From positions 26,058 through 90,057 of the forward strand of contig JAHFRD010000007.1 of NCBI GenBank assembly GCA_023258975.1: a stretch of DNA of 64,000 nt, written 5' to 3'. Positions 17,418 to 29,201 of the stretch are shown piece after piece. Origin of the DNA: Hydrogenophilales bacterium. Its GTDB lineage: Bacteria; Pseudomonadota; Gammaproteobacteria; Burkholderiales; Thiobacillaceae. Numbering within the stretch: position 1 is the stretch's first letter; every line of letters begins with the position of its first letter. The position numbers and the translations under genes are program-made. Below the pieces are notes generated by a model. The model worked only from the letters and a program-made list of their open reading frames with translations, was not told where the DNA came from and made no database searches.

Positions 17418-17690
17418 ATGATGCGTGTGGAAGCCGGCGTGGCCGTGCTCGACGGCGACCTGACCCTGGCCAACGCCAGCCAGTGGCTGGCCGAGGGAGA
17501 AGCCGCTCTGAAACAGGGCGTGGCGGCCTTCGACCTGGCGGGAGTCGGCCATCTCGACTCCGCCGCCCTCAGCCTGATGTTGTCCCTGCGCCGTCGCGCC
17601 GAGGCGGCGGGCAGCGCCATCGAATTCCGCAACATTCCGGAAAGCCTTGCCAGCCTCGCCAAGTTGTACGGCGTCGCGGAGCAAATTTAG
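17418..17690 (+). CDS. mlaB: STAS-domain protein MlaB
   Basis: ~90 aa following mlaC, with the STAS-like segment LDSAALSLMLSLRRRAEAAG. The start at 17418 or 17421 is chosen to avoid overlapping mlaC. Confidence 0.7.
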   Translation: MMRVEAGVAVLDGDLTLANASQWLAEGEAALKQGVAAFDLAGVGHLDSAALSLMLSLRRRAEAAGSAIEFRNIPESLASLAKLYGVAEQI

Positions 17691-17699
17691 CTTCTCTTC

Positions 17700-18611
17700 A
17701 TGACAACCGCCGTCCGCCTGCGCGGCGTGGAAAAGCGGTTTCCGCGTGTGCACGCCTTGCGCGGGGTCGATCTCGACATTGAACAAGGCGAGTTTTTCGC
17801 CTTGCTGGGCCCCAACGGCGCGGGCAAGACCACGCTCATCAGCATTCTCGCCGGGCTCACGCGCGCGAGTGCCGGATCGGTGGAAATCATGGGTTTCGAC
17901 GTGACCCGCCAGTACCGTGAAGCACGCCGCGCCTTGGGCGTGGTGCCGCAGGAACTGGTGTACGACCCCTTCTTTACCGTGCGCGAGACCTTGCGGCTAC
18001 AGTCCGGCTATTTCGGACTTCGCCGCAACGACGCCTGGATCGATGAGTTGCTGGACAACCTGGGACTCGCCGATAAAGCGGATACCTATACGCGCCGACT
18101 CTCCGGCGGCATGAAGCGGCGCGTCCTGGTGGCCCAGGCGCTGGTGCACAAGCCGCCGGTGATCGTCCTCGACGAGCCCACCGCCGGTGTCGATGTGGAA
18201 TTGCGGCAATCGCTCTGGGCCTTTATTCGCCGCCTCAATCGCGAGGGCCATAGCGTCGTCCTGACCACGCACTACCTGGAGGAGGCCGAGGCGCTCTGCA
18301 AGCGGGTGGCCATGCTCAAGGAAGGCCGCGTGGTCGCGCTGGATCGCACCGACAACCTGCTGCGCGCCGGGGCCGAGCGGCGTCTGCTGCTGGATCTGGA
18401 TGCCTCCGAATTGCCCGCCTCGCTGCAACCTCTCCTGATCGGCGGAGAGGGGCGGCATTTCATCCTCGATCTTCCCGACTACGGCGACCTCGAAGGCATC
18501 CTCGCCAATCTGCGCGAGGCGGGTATCGGCATCCGCGACATGAGCCTGGCGCAGGCCGATCTGGAAAAGGTGTTTCTGAAAATCATGAACGCCACGACGG
18601 AGCGGACATGA
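17700..18611 (+). CDS. ABC-2 type transporter ATP-binding protein
   Basis: Motifs seen: GPNGAGKTT, LSGGMKRRVLVAQAL, VIVLDEPTAGVD. Confidence 0.9.
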   Translation: MTTAVRLRGVEKRFPRVHALRGVDLDIEQGEFFALLGPNGAGKTTLISILAGLTRASAGSVEIMGFDVTRQYREARRALGVVPQELVYDPFFTVRETLRLQSGYFGLRRNDAWIDELLDNLGLADKADTYTRRLSGGMKRRVLVAQALVHKPPVIVLDEPTAGVDVELRQSLWAFIRRLNREGHSVVLTTHYLEEAEALCKRVAMLKEGRVVALDRTDNLLRAGAERRLLLDLDASELPASLQPLLIGGEGRHFILDLPDYGDLEGILANLREAGIGIRDMSLAQADLEKVFLKIMNATTERT

Positions 18612-19363
18612 GCGGCTTCCGCACCCTGCTCTACAAGGAAATCCTGCGCTTCTGGAAAGTGCTGGTGCAGACCGTGGGAGCGCCGGTGCTCACCTCCCTG
18701 CTGTATCTGCTGATCTTCTCGCATGTGCTGGAAGACCACGTTCAGGTGTATCCCGGCGTGCGCTACACCTCGTTCCTGATGCCTGGCCTGATCATGATGT
18801 CGATCCTGCAGAACGCCTTCGCGAACAGTTCCTCGTCCCTGATCCAGTCCAAGATCACCGGCAACATCGTGTTCGTCCTGCTGCCCCCGATCTCTTATCT
18901 GGAGTTTTTTCTCGCCTACCTGATTGCGGCGCTGGTACGCGGTTTTGCGGTGGGGCTGGGGGTGCTGCTGGTCGGCCTGTTCTTCGCCGACATCGAAATG
19001 CGCCATCCGCCCTGGATTCTGGCTTTCGCGCTGACATCCGGCGCCGTGTTCGCCTGTATCGGCATCCTGGCCGGGATCTGGGCGAACCAGTTCGACAATC
19101 TCGCCGCCGTGCAAAACTTCATCATCATGCCGCTCACCTTCCTGTCCGGCGTGTTTTTCTCCATCCATTCCCTGTCACCGTTCTGGCAGGGGGTCTCCCA
19201 CCTCAATCCGGTGTTCTACATGATCGACGGTTTCCGTTACGGCTTCTTCGGCCAGGGCGACGTCGATCCCTGGCTGGGGCTGGCGGTGGTCACGCCTTTC
19301 GTCTTGCTGCTTTCCTTCCTGACTTTGGCGATGCTGAAGTCCGGCTATAAACTTCGTCATTGA
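18608..19363 (+). CDS. ABC-2 type transporter permease
   Basis: 251-aa six-TM protein with a 4-nt overlap with the ATPase gene. Confidence 0.85.
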   Translation: MSGFRTLLYKEILRFWKVLVQTVGAPVLTSLLYLLIFSHVLEDHVQVYPGVRYTSFLMPGLIMMSILQNAFANSSSSLIQSKITGNIVFVLLPPISYLEFFLAYLIAALVRGFAVGLGVLLVGLFFADIEMRHPPWILAFALTSGAVFACIGILAGIWANQFDNLAAVQNFIIMPLTFLSGVFFSIHSLSPFWQGVSHLNPVFYMIDGFRYGFFGQGDVDPWLGLAVVTPFVLLLSFLTLAMLKSGYKLRH

Positions 19364-20902
<1,539 letters not shown>

Positions 20903-20945
20903 GCCTGTACTTCGGCGCGACGCGAGGTCGTGGCCGATTCCCCCG

Positions 20946-22367
20946 TCAGGCCACCAATCCCCGATACAGCGACTCGTATTCCCGCGCGCTCTTCTCCCAA
21001 CTGAAATCACGCTTCATGCCGGCTCGCATCATGCGTTGCCACATCTTCGGATCGGCATGGGCGCGCAGGGCGCGCTCGACCGCCAGCCAGAGCGCGTGTG
21101 GAGTCGGTTCGTGGAAGACGAAGCCGGTGACGCCGTCTTCCACGGTGTCCCTCAGGCCGCCGGTGGCATGGACGATGGGCACCGTGCCGTAACTCAGGCT
21201 GTAGAGTTGGTTGAGGCCGCAGGGCTCGAAGCGGGAAGGCATCAGAAAGAGGTCTGAGGCGGCTTCGATGCGGTGCGACAAGCCTTCGTCGTAGCCGATC
21301 ACCGCCGCGACCCGACCGGGATGCGATGCGCCAAGCTCGCGGAAAGCCGCTTCCAGCATTTTCTCGCCGGTGCCCAGAAGGGCGATCTGGCCGCCCCGGT
21401 GCAGGATACCGTCGGCTATCGCCAGGATCAGATCGAGGCCCTTCTGCTGCGCCAGGCGCGCAATGATCCCGAACAGGGGAGTCTCCTTCCCGGGTTCCAG
21501 ATTGAGATCCTGTTGCAGCTTGAGCTTGCACTGTTTCTTGCCGGCGAGCGCGCGCGCGGAAAACTTGCAGGGAAGGTGGCGATCGGAGGATGGGTTCCAT
21601 TCCCCGCTGTCGATGCCATTGAGGATGCCGACAAGATCGTCTCCACGCGCGGCCAACAACCCCTGCATGCCCATGCCCAGCGCGGGCTGGCGAATTTCCT
21701 CGGCATAGGTGGGCGAAACCGTGGTGAGGCGGTCGGCGTAGTAGAGGCCGGCCTTGAGGAAGGAGAGATTGCCGTAATACTCGACGCCTTCCATCGAGAA
21801 GCTTTCCGGCGGCAGTTCCACCGTGGCGAGATCTGCGGGCGGAAAGATGCCCTGGTAGGCCAGATTGTGCACGGTCATCAGGCTGGGCGTGGTTTGCCCG
21901 GCCAGACGCAGGTAGGCGGGCGCCAGGCCGGTTTGCCAGTCGTTGCAATGCAGGAGTTGCGGTCGCCAGGCCAGCGGCGAGTCGCCGTCGGAGGCGAGGA
22001 TGGCGGCGGCTTTGGAAAATACGGCGAAACGTAGAGCGTTGTCGGGGTGGTCGTGGCCGGCGACATCCTGATAAGGGCCGCCTTCGCGCTGGAACAATTC
22101 CGGGGCGACGAGAATGTAGAGGGGTACTCCGTTGTCGGGCATGGGGGCCTGTAGGAGCGTGGCCGTGATCCCGCCCGGCAACCCGCTCAGGTTGCATACC
22201 GGCTCGGCGTTGTCGATGCCGGCCAGCACGGCCGGGTAGCCGGGGAGCAACAGGCGGCAGTCGAGGCCGATCTTGCGCAAGGCGGCTGGGAGGGCGCCGG
22301 AAACATCCGCCAGCCCGCCGGTCTTGATCAACGGCCTGGCTTCGGATGTGGCGAACAGAATACGCAT
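20946..22367 (-). CDS. glgA: Glycogen synthase (ADP-glucose type)
   Basis: Start taken at MRILFATSEARPLIKTGGLADV (cat 22365-22367). The body is typical GT5. Confidence 0.9.
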   Translation of the reverse strand: MRILFATSEARPLIKTGGLADVSGALPAALRKIGLDCRLLLPGYPAVLAGIDNAEPVCNLSGLPGGITATLLQAPMPDNGVPLYILVAPELFQREGGPYQDVAGHDHPDNALRFAVFSKAAAILASDGDSPLAWRPQLLHCNDWQTGLAPAYLRLAGQTTPSLMTVHNLAYQGIFPPADLATVELPPESFSMEGVEYYGNLSFLKAGLYYADRLTTVSPTYAEEIRQPALGMGMQGLLAARGDDLVGILNGIDSGEWNPSSDRHLPCKFSARALAGKKQCKLKLQQDLNLEPGKETPLFGIIARLAQQKGLDLILAIADGILHRGGQIALLGTGEKMLEAAFRELGASHPGRVAAVIGYDEGLSHRIEAASDLFLMPSRFEPCGLNQLYSLSYGTVPIVHATGGLRDTVEDGVTGFVFHEPTPHALWLAVERALRAHADPKMWQRMMRAGMKRDFSWEKSAREYESLYRGLVA

Positions 22368-22607
22368 GGAAAGTCCTTGAGTAGTACTAAAGAAACACGC
22401 CGGGTTCCCGATAACCATATCTGAAACCGGTGCCCGCTTGAACCGGGATTTTTCATTGGACGATTCAGCCACTCTCGCAGGAGGGCCGCTTGCGGCCCGA
22501 AGCGCCGACAGGTGCAAAGGTGGAACGCCCGCCAGGGCAAGCGTTTCAAGAAAAAGTCCCGGCGGAAGCCGCTGAAGAAATCAATCACCATCGAGAAGAG
22601 AATTTAC

Positions 22608-24299
22608 ATGCGCAACAACCAGCCTGTCAGCCGGCGCGAATACCCGTTACGCGAGGGCGCGGTCATCATCAGTTGGACCGACGCCCAGGGAAACATCACC
22701 CATGCCAATGATGATTTCGTGGAGGCTTCCGGGTTCACGCGGGAGGAGTTGCTCGGCCAGCCGCAGAACATCGTGCGCCATCCCGATATGCCGGCGGAAG
22801 CGTTCCGCGACCTCTGGGCCACCATCAAGGCGGGGGAACCCTGGGTGGGCCTGGTCAAGAACCGGCGCAAGGATGGCGACCACTATTGGGTCAAGGCGAC
22901 GGCGACACCGACGCCGGATGGCGGTTTCATGTCGGTGCGAACCAAGCCGCCACGCGAAGAAATCCAAGCGGCCGAGGCGCTGTATCAGCGCCTGCGCGAT
23001 AACCCCGGCCTGCGCCTGGAAAGCGGCAAGCCCGCGCTTGGCCTGGGCGGGCGTCTGCTGCGCCGCTTCATGGATCTCAATCTGTCCAGCAAGCTGTGGT
23101 TGTCCACCCTGTCCTCCATCCTCGCCATCCTGCTTTGCGCGGGGCTGGGCTGGATGGCGGTCGAGGAGGCGCGCGGGTTGCTGAAATGCGTCGACGCGGG
23201 CAAGGCGCAACAATTGCAGTCCTCGCTCGACAACCTGGGGCTGCTCATGGGGGCGGTCGCAGTGGCCGCCCTGGTGCTCTGGCCCGCGATCGCATTCGTG
23301 GTGGTGCGCTCCTTCACCGAACCGTTGCGCAACGCGGTACAGGCGGCACGCGGCATCGCCGCCTTCGATCTCGCCAAGCCGGCGCCGCTGGCCGGCCATG
23401 ATGAGGTGGGCGAGTTGCTCGCGCAGTTCGCCATCATGCGCAACAACCTGCTCGGCAATGCCTCGCTGATCAAGCAGAGCACCCGCAAACTGGACGGCGC
23501 GGCCCATGACCTCACCAGTTCCAGTGATGCCAGCGCGCAAGCCGCGATCAGCCAGTCGGAATCGGCATCCGGCATGGCGGCGGCGGTGGAACAGTTGTCG
23601 GTGTCGATCGACCAGGTGGCCGACCATGCCAACGAAGCCGATGGCGTGTCACGCGAATCGGGCGAATTGTCGGGAGAAGGCGGCCGCGTCATTCATGCCG
23701 CCGCCAACGAGATCGGCCACATCGCCGACGCGGTGCAGGGTTCGGCGAAGACCATCCGTGAACTGGAGGCCTATTCGGCGGAGATTTCCACCATCGTCGG
23801 CGTCATCAAGGAAATCGCCGACCAGACCAATCTGCTCGCGCTCAATGCCGCCATCGAAGCCGCGCGCGCCGGCGAGCAGGGGCGCGGCTTCGCGGTGGTG
23901 GCCGATGAAGTGCGCAAACTGGCCGAACGCACCGCCAGATCCACGCAGGAAATCACCGGCATGATCGACAAGGTGCAAAGCGGCGCCCGCCGCGCGGTGG
24001 CGGAAATGGAAGCCAGCGTGAAACGGGTTTCCGAGGGCGTGGAACTCGCGCATCAGGCCGGCAATTCGATTTCCAGCATCCAGTCGGCTTCCGCGCGGGT
24101 GATGCGGGCGGTGGCGGACATCAATCACGCGCTCAAGGAACAGGGCATCGCGGCGCGCGAGATCGCCCAGAACGTGGAGCGGGTGGCACAGATGACCGAA
24201 CATGGCAGCCACGCCAGCCGTCAGGCCTCCGGAGTGGCGGAAGACGTGGTACGGCTTTCCGGAGAACTGAAGCGCCTGTCCGATCTATTCAAGATTTGA
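22608..24299 (+). CDS. Methyl-accepting chemotaxis protein with an N-terminal cytoplasmic PAS domain, two TM segments and HAMP
   Basis: The PAS domain reads [42 protein letters not shown]...[12 protein letters not shown]. The MA domain reads [38 protein letters not shown]. Confidence 0.9.
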   Translation: MRNNQPVSRREYPLREGAVIISWTDAQGNITHANDDFVEASGFTREELLGQPQNIVRHPDMPAEAFRDLWATIKAGEPWVGLVKNRRKDGDHYWVKATATPTPDGGFMSVRTKPPREEIQAAEALYQRLRDNPGLRLESGKPALGLGGRLLRRFMDLNLSSKLWLSTLSSILAILLCAGLGWMAVEEARGLLKCVDAGKAQQLQSSLDNLGLLMGAVAVAALVLWPAIAFVVVRSFTEPLRNAVQAARGIAAFDLAKPAPLAGHDEVGELLAQFAIMRNNLLGNASLIKQSTRKLDGAAHDLTSSSDASAQAAISQSESASGMAAAVEQLSVSIDQVADHANEADGVSRESGELSGEGGRVIHAAANEIGHIADAVQGSAKTIRELEAYSAEISTIVGVIKEIADQTNLLALNAAIEAARAGEQGRGFAVVADEVRKLAERTARSTQEITGMIDKVQSGARRAVAEMEASVKRVSEGVELAHQAGNSISSIQSASARVMRAVADINHALKEQGIAAREIAQNVERVAQMTEHGSHASRQASGVAEDVVRLSGELKRLSDLFKI

Positions 24300-24319
24300 T
24301 TGCGGACAGCGTGGTGCCG

Positions 24320-24399
24320 GTAGGATGCGGTGAGGTACGAACCGCATCGGGGTTTTATCGCATCGTCCGATGCGGTTCGCTACGCTCACCACATCCTGC
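24320..24399. repeat. Long imperfect REP-like hairpin between the MCP and gnd-like genes
   Basis: The left arm is gtaggatgcggtgaggtacgaaccgcatcgg and the right arm is ccgatgcggttcgctacgctcaccacatcctgc. The inner 13 bp pair perfectly (cgaaccgcatcgg/ccgatgcggttcg), followed by a bulge and then an outer ~13 bp with one mismatch. Confidence 0.7.
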
Positions 24400-24410
24400 G
24401 GGGGAACTAC

Positions 24411-25325
24411 ATGCTTGAAATTGGTCTTTACGGACTCGGCCGCATGGGCGGCAACATGGCGCGGCGCTTCGCGCGCGGTGGCGCGCGGGTGTATGCCTGC
24501 AACCGAAATTTCGCGGTCACCGAGGCGCTGGCGGCGGAACATGGCAGTGTGCTGGCATGCCGTGATCTGGCGGAAATGGTCGCCGGTCTGGCCGCGCCAC
24601 GCATCATCTGGTTGATGCTGCCGGCGGGAGAGGCCACCGAGGCGGCGATTCGCGAGATCGCGCCGCTGCTCAACCCCGGCGACATGCTGGTGGATGGCGC
24701 CAACGGCTATTACCACGACGCGCAGGGACGAGCCGAACACCTGCACGGTTTGGGCCTGCGCTTCGTCGACGTCGGCGTTTCCGGTGGCGTCTGGGGTCTG
24801 GCCAACGGCTATTGCCTGATGGCCGGTGGTGGCGACGAGGATCTGGCGCGCCTGAAACCCTATCTGCAAGTGCTGGCGCCGACGCCGGAAACCGGCTGGC
24901 TGCACGCCGGCCCGGTGGGCGCCGGCCACTTCACCAAGATGGTCCACAACGGCATCGAGTACGGCATGATGCAGGCGCTGGCCGAGGGCTTCGCCTTGAT
25001 GCGGGCGAAGAGCGAATTCGATCTGGACATCGCCGCCGTCGCCGAACTCTGGCGCCATAGTTCCGTGGTGCGCTCCTGGCTGCTCAATCTTTCCGCCGAC
25101 TTCCTCAAGACCGATCAGAAGCTGGACGGCGTCGCCCCCCTGGTCGCCGACTCCGGCGAAGGCCGCTGGACCGCGCTGGAGTCCATTCATCTGGGCGTAC
25201 CCACGCCGGTGATGACGCTGGCTCTGATGAGCCGCTTCTCCAGCCAGGGCAAGGGCGATTTCGCCAACCAGATGCTGGCGATGATGCGCAAGGGCTTCGG
25301 CGGCCACGCGGTGAAGGAAGAGTAG
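24411..25325 (+). CDS. gnd: 6-phosphogluconate dehydrogenase, decarboxylating, short (Gnd-like/YqeC-type) form
   Basis: MLEIGLYGLGRMGGNMARR (Rossmann), GVSGGVWG, GAGHFTKMVHNGIEYGMMQALAEG. About 304 aa. Confidence 0.8.
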   Translation: MLEIGLYGLGRMGGNMARRFARGGARVYACNRNFAVTEALAAEHGSVLACRDLAEMVAGLAAPRIIWLMLPAGEATEAAIREIAPLLNPGDMLVDGANGYYHDAQGRAEHLHGLGLRFVDVGVSGGVWGLANGYCLMAGGGDEDLARLKPYLQVLAPTPETGWLHAGPVGAGHFTKMVHNGIEYGMMQALAEGFALMRAKSEFDLDIAAVAELWRHSSVVRSWLLNLSADFLKTDQKLDGVAPLVADSGEGRWTALESIHLGVPTPVMTLALMSRFSSQGKGDFANQMLAMMRKGFGGHAVKEE

Positions 25326-25337
25326 CGCCGGCGCTAC
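25322..25337. repeat. Perfect 16-bp palindrome gtagcgccggcgctac (REP family core), overlapping the gnd stop codon
   Basis: Seen directly. The TAG stop at 25323-25325 lies inside it. Confidence 0.8.
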
Positions 25338-25348
25338 ACGAGAAAACC

Positions 25349-26830
25349 ATGTTCGACCAGGAAACTCCCCTCCCTCCCTGCAACTTCGTCATCTTCGGCG
25401 CCACCGGCAACCTGGCGTCGAACAAGCTGTTACCGGCGCTGTATCGCCTGGAGTTGGCGGGCAAGTTGCCGGAGGGCCTGAACTTCGTCGCCTTCGCCCG
25501 CAGGGAGTGGGACGACGCCGTCTGGCGCGGCCACGTCAAAACCCTGCTGACCGACAAGCTCAAGGCCACGGGCGAGGCGCTGGAACGCTTCGCCAATCGT
25601 TTCGACTATCTGCGCGCGGAACTGAACGACCCACAGGCCTACCACGCCCTCAAGGAAGTGCTGGCGAAACCCAAGCTGGGCGTCTGTTCCAACGTGGTGT
25701 TCTATCTGGCGATCAAACCCAGCGATTTTTCGGCGGTCATCAAAAATCTGGATGGCGCCGGCCTATCGAAGCCGCGCGGCCTGCACCGTATCGTCGTGGA
25801 AAAACCGTTCGGCACCGACATCGAATCGGCGCAGATGCTCAACCAGCTGCTGCACCGCTATTTCGACGAAAGCCAGGTGTTCCGTATCGACCACTACCTG
25901 GGTAAGGAAACGGTGCAGAACCTGCTGGTATTCCGTTTCGCCAACACCCTGATCGAACCGCTGTGGAACCGCAATTACATCGATCATGTACAAATCACCG
26001 TGGCCGAGAGCCTGGGCATCGAGAAGCGCGCCGATTACTACGACAAGGCCGGGGCGCTACGCGACATGCTGCAGAACCACCTGATGCAGCTCCTTACCCT
26101 GGTGGCGATGGAGCCGCCGCCGGCCCTGGAGGCCGACGCCCTGCGCGACGAGAAGGTGAAGGTGTTGCGCTCCATCCGCCCCATCTCGCGGCGTTCCGTC
26201 CATGCCCACGCCTTCCGCGCCCAATACAAGGCCGGCAAAGTGGAAGGTCGCGAAGCGCCGGGCTACCAGGATGAACCCGGCGTGGAGCCGGGTTCCATCA
26301 CCGAAACCTTCGCCGCCGCCAAGTTCTACATCGACAACTGGCGCTGGCGCGGCGTGCCGTTCTACCTGCGCACTGGCAAGCGCCTGAAACAGCCGATGTC
26401 GATGATCGCGCTGCGGTTGCGCCACCCGCCGCAACAGTTGTTCCGGGAAACGGCGCTGGAAGTCCTGGAGCCGAACTGGATCGTGCTGTCCATCCAGCCG
26501 GAGGAAAGCATGCACATGGAAATCCACGCCAAACAGCCCGGCCTGGACATGAACACCCGCGTGGTCAAGCTCAACGCCAGTTTCCGCAACGCCGACGAAA
26601 ACCCGCTGGATGCCTACGAGGCGCTGCTCCTGGACGTAATCGAAGGCGACCGTACCCTGTTCATTCGTTTCGACGAAGTGGAATGGGCCTGGCGCGTGGT
26701 CGACCCCATCCTCAAGTACTGGGCGCAGGAACGCGATTTCATCCATACCTACGCCGCCGGCGGCTGGGGCCCGATCGAGGCCAACCGCTTGTTCGACGGC
26801 GAAGATACCGAGTGGCGTAACGCGGTGTGA
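25349..26830 (+). CDS. zwf: Glucose-6-phosphate 1-dehydrogenase
   Basis: IFGATGNLASNKLLPAL, RIDHYLGKETVQN, EKPFG. Confidence 0.95.
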   Translation: MFDQETPLPPCNFVIFGATGNLASNKLLPALYRLELAGKLPEGLNFVAFARREWDDAVWRGHVKTLLTDKLKATGEALERFANRFDYLRAELNDPQAYHALKEVLAKPKLGVCSNVVFYLAIKPSDFSAVIKNLDGAGLSKPRGLHRIVVEKPFGTDIESAQMLNQLLHRYFDESQVFRIDHYLGKETVQNLLVFRFANTLIEPLWNRNYIDHVQITVAESLGIEKRADYYDKAGALRDMLQNHLMQLLTLVAMEPPPALEADALRDEKVKVLRSIRPISRRSVHAHAFRAQYKAGKVEGREAPGYQDEPGVEPGSITETFAAAKFYIDNWRWRGVPFYLRTGKRLKQPMSMIALRLRHPPQQLFRETALEVLEPNWIVLSIQPEESMHMEIHAKQPGLDMNTRVVKLNASFRNADENPLDAYEALLLDVIEGDRTLFIRFDEVEWAWRVVDPILKYWAQERDFIHTYAAGGWGPIEANRLFDGEDTEWRNAV

Positions 26831-27573
26831 GTGAAGAAGCGCCGCTGCCCATCCTGTACCGCGACGACTGGCTGATCGCCGTCCACAAACCCGCCGGTTT
26901 GCTGGTGCATCGCAGCGGCCTCGACCGCCACGAAACCCGCTTCGCCCTGCAACTATTGCGCGACCAGATCGGCCGCGTGGTGTGGCCGCTGCATCGGCTC
27001 GACAAGGGCACCTCCGGGGTGTTGCTGTTCGCCCTGGAACGCGAGGTGGGCCGCGCCATGAGTGGCCAGTTCGAGCGCGGAGAAGTCGACAAGACCTACC
27101 TCGCCGTGGTGCGCGGCCATCCACCGGAAGCCGGCGAGATCGACCACCCCCTGGCGCGCATGGCCGATGAACATGCCGGCATCCAGGGCGGCCCGCCACA
27201 GCCCGCGCAGACCCGCTATCGACGCCTCGCCACGGTGGAATTGCCCTATCGCGTGGATCGCTATCCGAGCAGCCGCTACGCCTTGCTGGAACTGAAGCCG
27301 CTCACTGGCCGCTGGCACCAGTTGCGCCGCCATCTGAAACACATCGCCCACCCCATCATCGGCGACGCCACCCACGGCCAGGGACGGCACAACCGCCTGT
27401 TCCAGGAGTTGTTCGACAGCCGACGCCTGCTGCTGGCGGCGACGGAGATGCGCTGCAAGCACCCCGTCAGCGGTGAGGCGCTACGCCTGACGGCGCCACC
27501 GGCAAAGGATTTTCAGCGGGTGCTGGAACATCTGGGATGGGGTGCGTTGAGCATCAGTGGCGTGATCGGGTGA
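26827..27573 (+). CDS. truC: tRNA pseudouridine synthase C (RluA family)
   Basis: ILYRDDWLIAVHKPAGLLVHRS and HRLDKGTSGVLLFA are collinear with my memory of E. coli TruC. The GTG start overlaps the zwf stop. Confidence 0.8.
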   Translation: MSEEAPLPILYRDDWLIAVHKPAGLLVHRSGLDRHETRFALQLLRDQIGRVVWPLHRLDKGTSGVLLFALEREVGRAMSGQFERGEVDKTYLAVVRGHPPEAGEIDHPLARMADEHAGIQGGPPQPAQTRYRRLATVELPYRVDRYPSSRYALLELKPLTGRWHQLRRHLKHIAHPIIGDATHGQGRHNRLFQELFDSRRLLLAATEMRCKHPVSGEALRLTAPPAKDFQRVLEHLGWGALSISGVIG

Positions 27574-27698
27574 CGCTTGCATCCATGTGGGCGCGCGGGA
27601 GGGGGGCGCACCCCGGCTTGTCGAGTTGATTTTGTTCGCGGTCAGACGTTCAGCGTTTTCAGCAGGGTGCGGTGTTCCGGTAGCGGGTCGCGAACACC

Positions 27699-27728
27699 AA
27701 AAAAAACGCCGGCAAAGCGGCCGGCGTG
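27699..27728 (-). terminator. Rho-independent terminator after the M23 peptidase gene
   Basis: The minus strand reads acgccggc-cgcttt-gccggcgt followed by T8, about 40 nt downstream of the stop at 27766. Confidence 0.8.
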
Positions 27729-27765
27729 ACGGATCGGGGGGAGCGTTCTCCCAAAGAATCCGGGC

Positions 27766-29043
27766 TTAATCCAGCGATGCGAGATTGGTGTTGCGCAGCA
27801 GTTCCAGGTTCGCGGCCAGGGGTTGCACCTTGCCGGCGAATTGCGCCTTGGCGCGCGCATCCAGGGGATAGGAGGTCGGCAGTTTCAGCGCCAGCGGGTT
27901 CTTCTGCACGTTGTTGATGCGGAATTCGTAGTGCAGGTGCGGGCCGGTGGCCAGGCCGGTGGAGCCGACATAGCCGATCACCTGGCCCTGGCCGATATGG
28001 GCGCCGCGCTTGAGGCCCTTGCCGAAGCGGGAAAGGTGGCCGTAGGCCGTGCTGTAGGCGCCCTGATGCTTGAGCACGATCAGGTTGCCGTAGCCGCCCT
28101 GGCGACCGACAAATTCAACCTTGGCGTCGGCCACCGCGCGTACCGGCGCGCCGGTGGGCGCCGCGTAGTCGATCCCCTTGTGGGCGCGCCAGGTTTGCAG
28201 CACGGGATGGAAACGGGCGCCGCTGAAGCCGGAGGAAACCCGGCTGAACGGCATGGGTGATTTCAGGAATGCGCGCTTCAGGCTTTGCCCATCCTGGGTG
28301 AAATAGCCTTCGCGTCCCTGGGTGTCCTTGAAGTACAGAGCCTGATACCGCTTGCCCTGGTTGGTGAATTCGGCGGCCAGGAGGCGGCCGGTCTTGACCA
28401 GTTGGCCATCCAGGTAGAACGCTTCGTAGACCAGGGAGAAATGGTCGCCGCGCCGCAAATCCTTGTGAAAGTCGATGTCGCCGGAGAGGGCTTCGGCCAT
28501 TTCGGAAGCGATGCGGTCGGGCACGTCGGCGGCGTCGGTGGCGCCGAACAGGGAGCTTTCGATTTCACCCGAGCGCATGACCTGGCGGGTTTCCAGCGCC
28601 ACCGGCAATTCGTTGGCCTTGAACTCGCCGCCGCTACGGGTGAGCGCGACCAGTTTTTCATCGGAGACCAGGTAGCGGAACAACATCAGCTGGCCTCCGG
28701 AGGTGACACGCGCCAGCACACTGCGGCCGGGAACCAGGCGGCCCAGCGATTTGCTTTCGCGCGCGGCGGCGAGCACCTTGCGGGCTTCGCCACTTTCCAC
28801 GCCCAGGCGGGTGAGCAGGCTTTGCAGGGTATCGCCCCGGCCGATGCGTTCCTCGCGCCAGAAATCGAAGGCGCCGCTATCGGTGGCCTGAACCTGTGGA
28901 AGCTCGACGCTTTCCACCACGGTCTTGCGCGTGAGATTCTCGGTGGGAGTGTCGGGCGCGATACCGAAGGCGGCGACCACGCCCATGAACGGCAGCGCGG
29001 CCAGAGTCAGAAACAGGTGCTTGCGGGTGAAGATGCGGTTCAT
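27766..29043 (-). CDS. M23-family peptidoglycan DD-metalloendopeptidase (MepM-like)
   Basis: N-terminal anchor followed by a C-terminal M23 domain: HKGIDYAAPTGAPV, GYVGSTGLATGPHLHYE. Confidence 0.85.
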   Translation of the reverse strand: MNRIFTRKHLFLTLAALPFMGVVAAFGIAPDTPTENLTRKTVVESVELPQVQATDSGAFDFWREERIGRGDTLQSLLTRLGVESGEARKVLAAARESKSLGRLVPGRSVLARVTSGGQLMLFRYLVSDEKLVALTRSGGEFKANELPVALETRQVMRSGEIESSLFGATDAADVPDRIASEMAEALSGDIDFHKDLRRGDHFSLVYEAFYLDGQLVKTGRLLAAEFTNQGKRYQALYFKDTQGREGYFTQDGQSLKRAFLKSPMPFSRVSSGFSGARFHPVLQTWRAHKGIDYAAPTGAPVRAVADAKVEFVGRQGGYGNLIVLKHQGAYSTAYGHLSRFGKGLKRGAHIGQGQVIGYVGSTGLATGPHLHYEFRINNVQKNPLALKLPTSYPLDARAKAQFAGKVQPLAANLELLRNTNLASLD

Positions 29044-29201
29044 TGACGAAGTCCTGTCACAGCCAAAACAGGGGGCAGGGTAACAGGAATACCCTCCCGG
29101 GCAAAGCGTTAATCCGCTGAAAAATGCGCTAACGTCTTGTGTCTAAAGAAAATCATGTAAAAGCCGATATACAGGACTGAAATTCGAAAGTGAGGGTGTT
29201 C

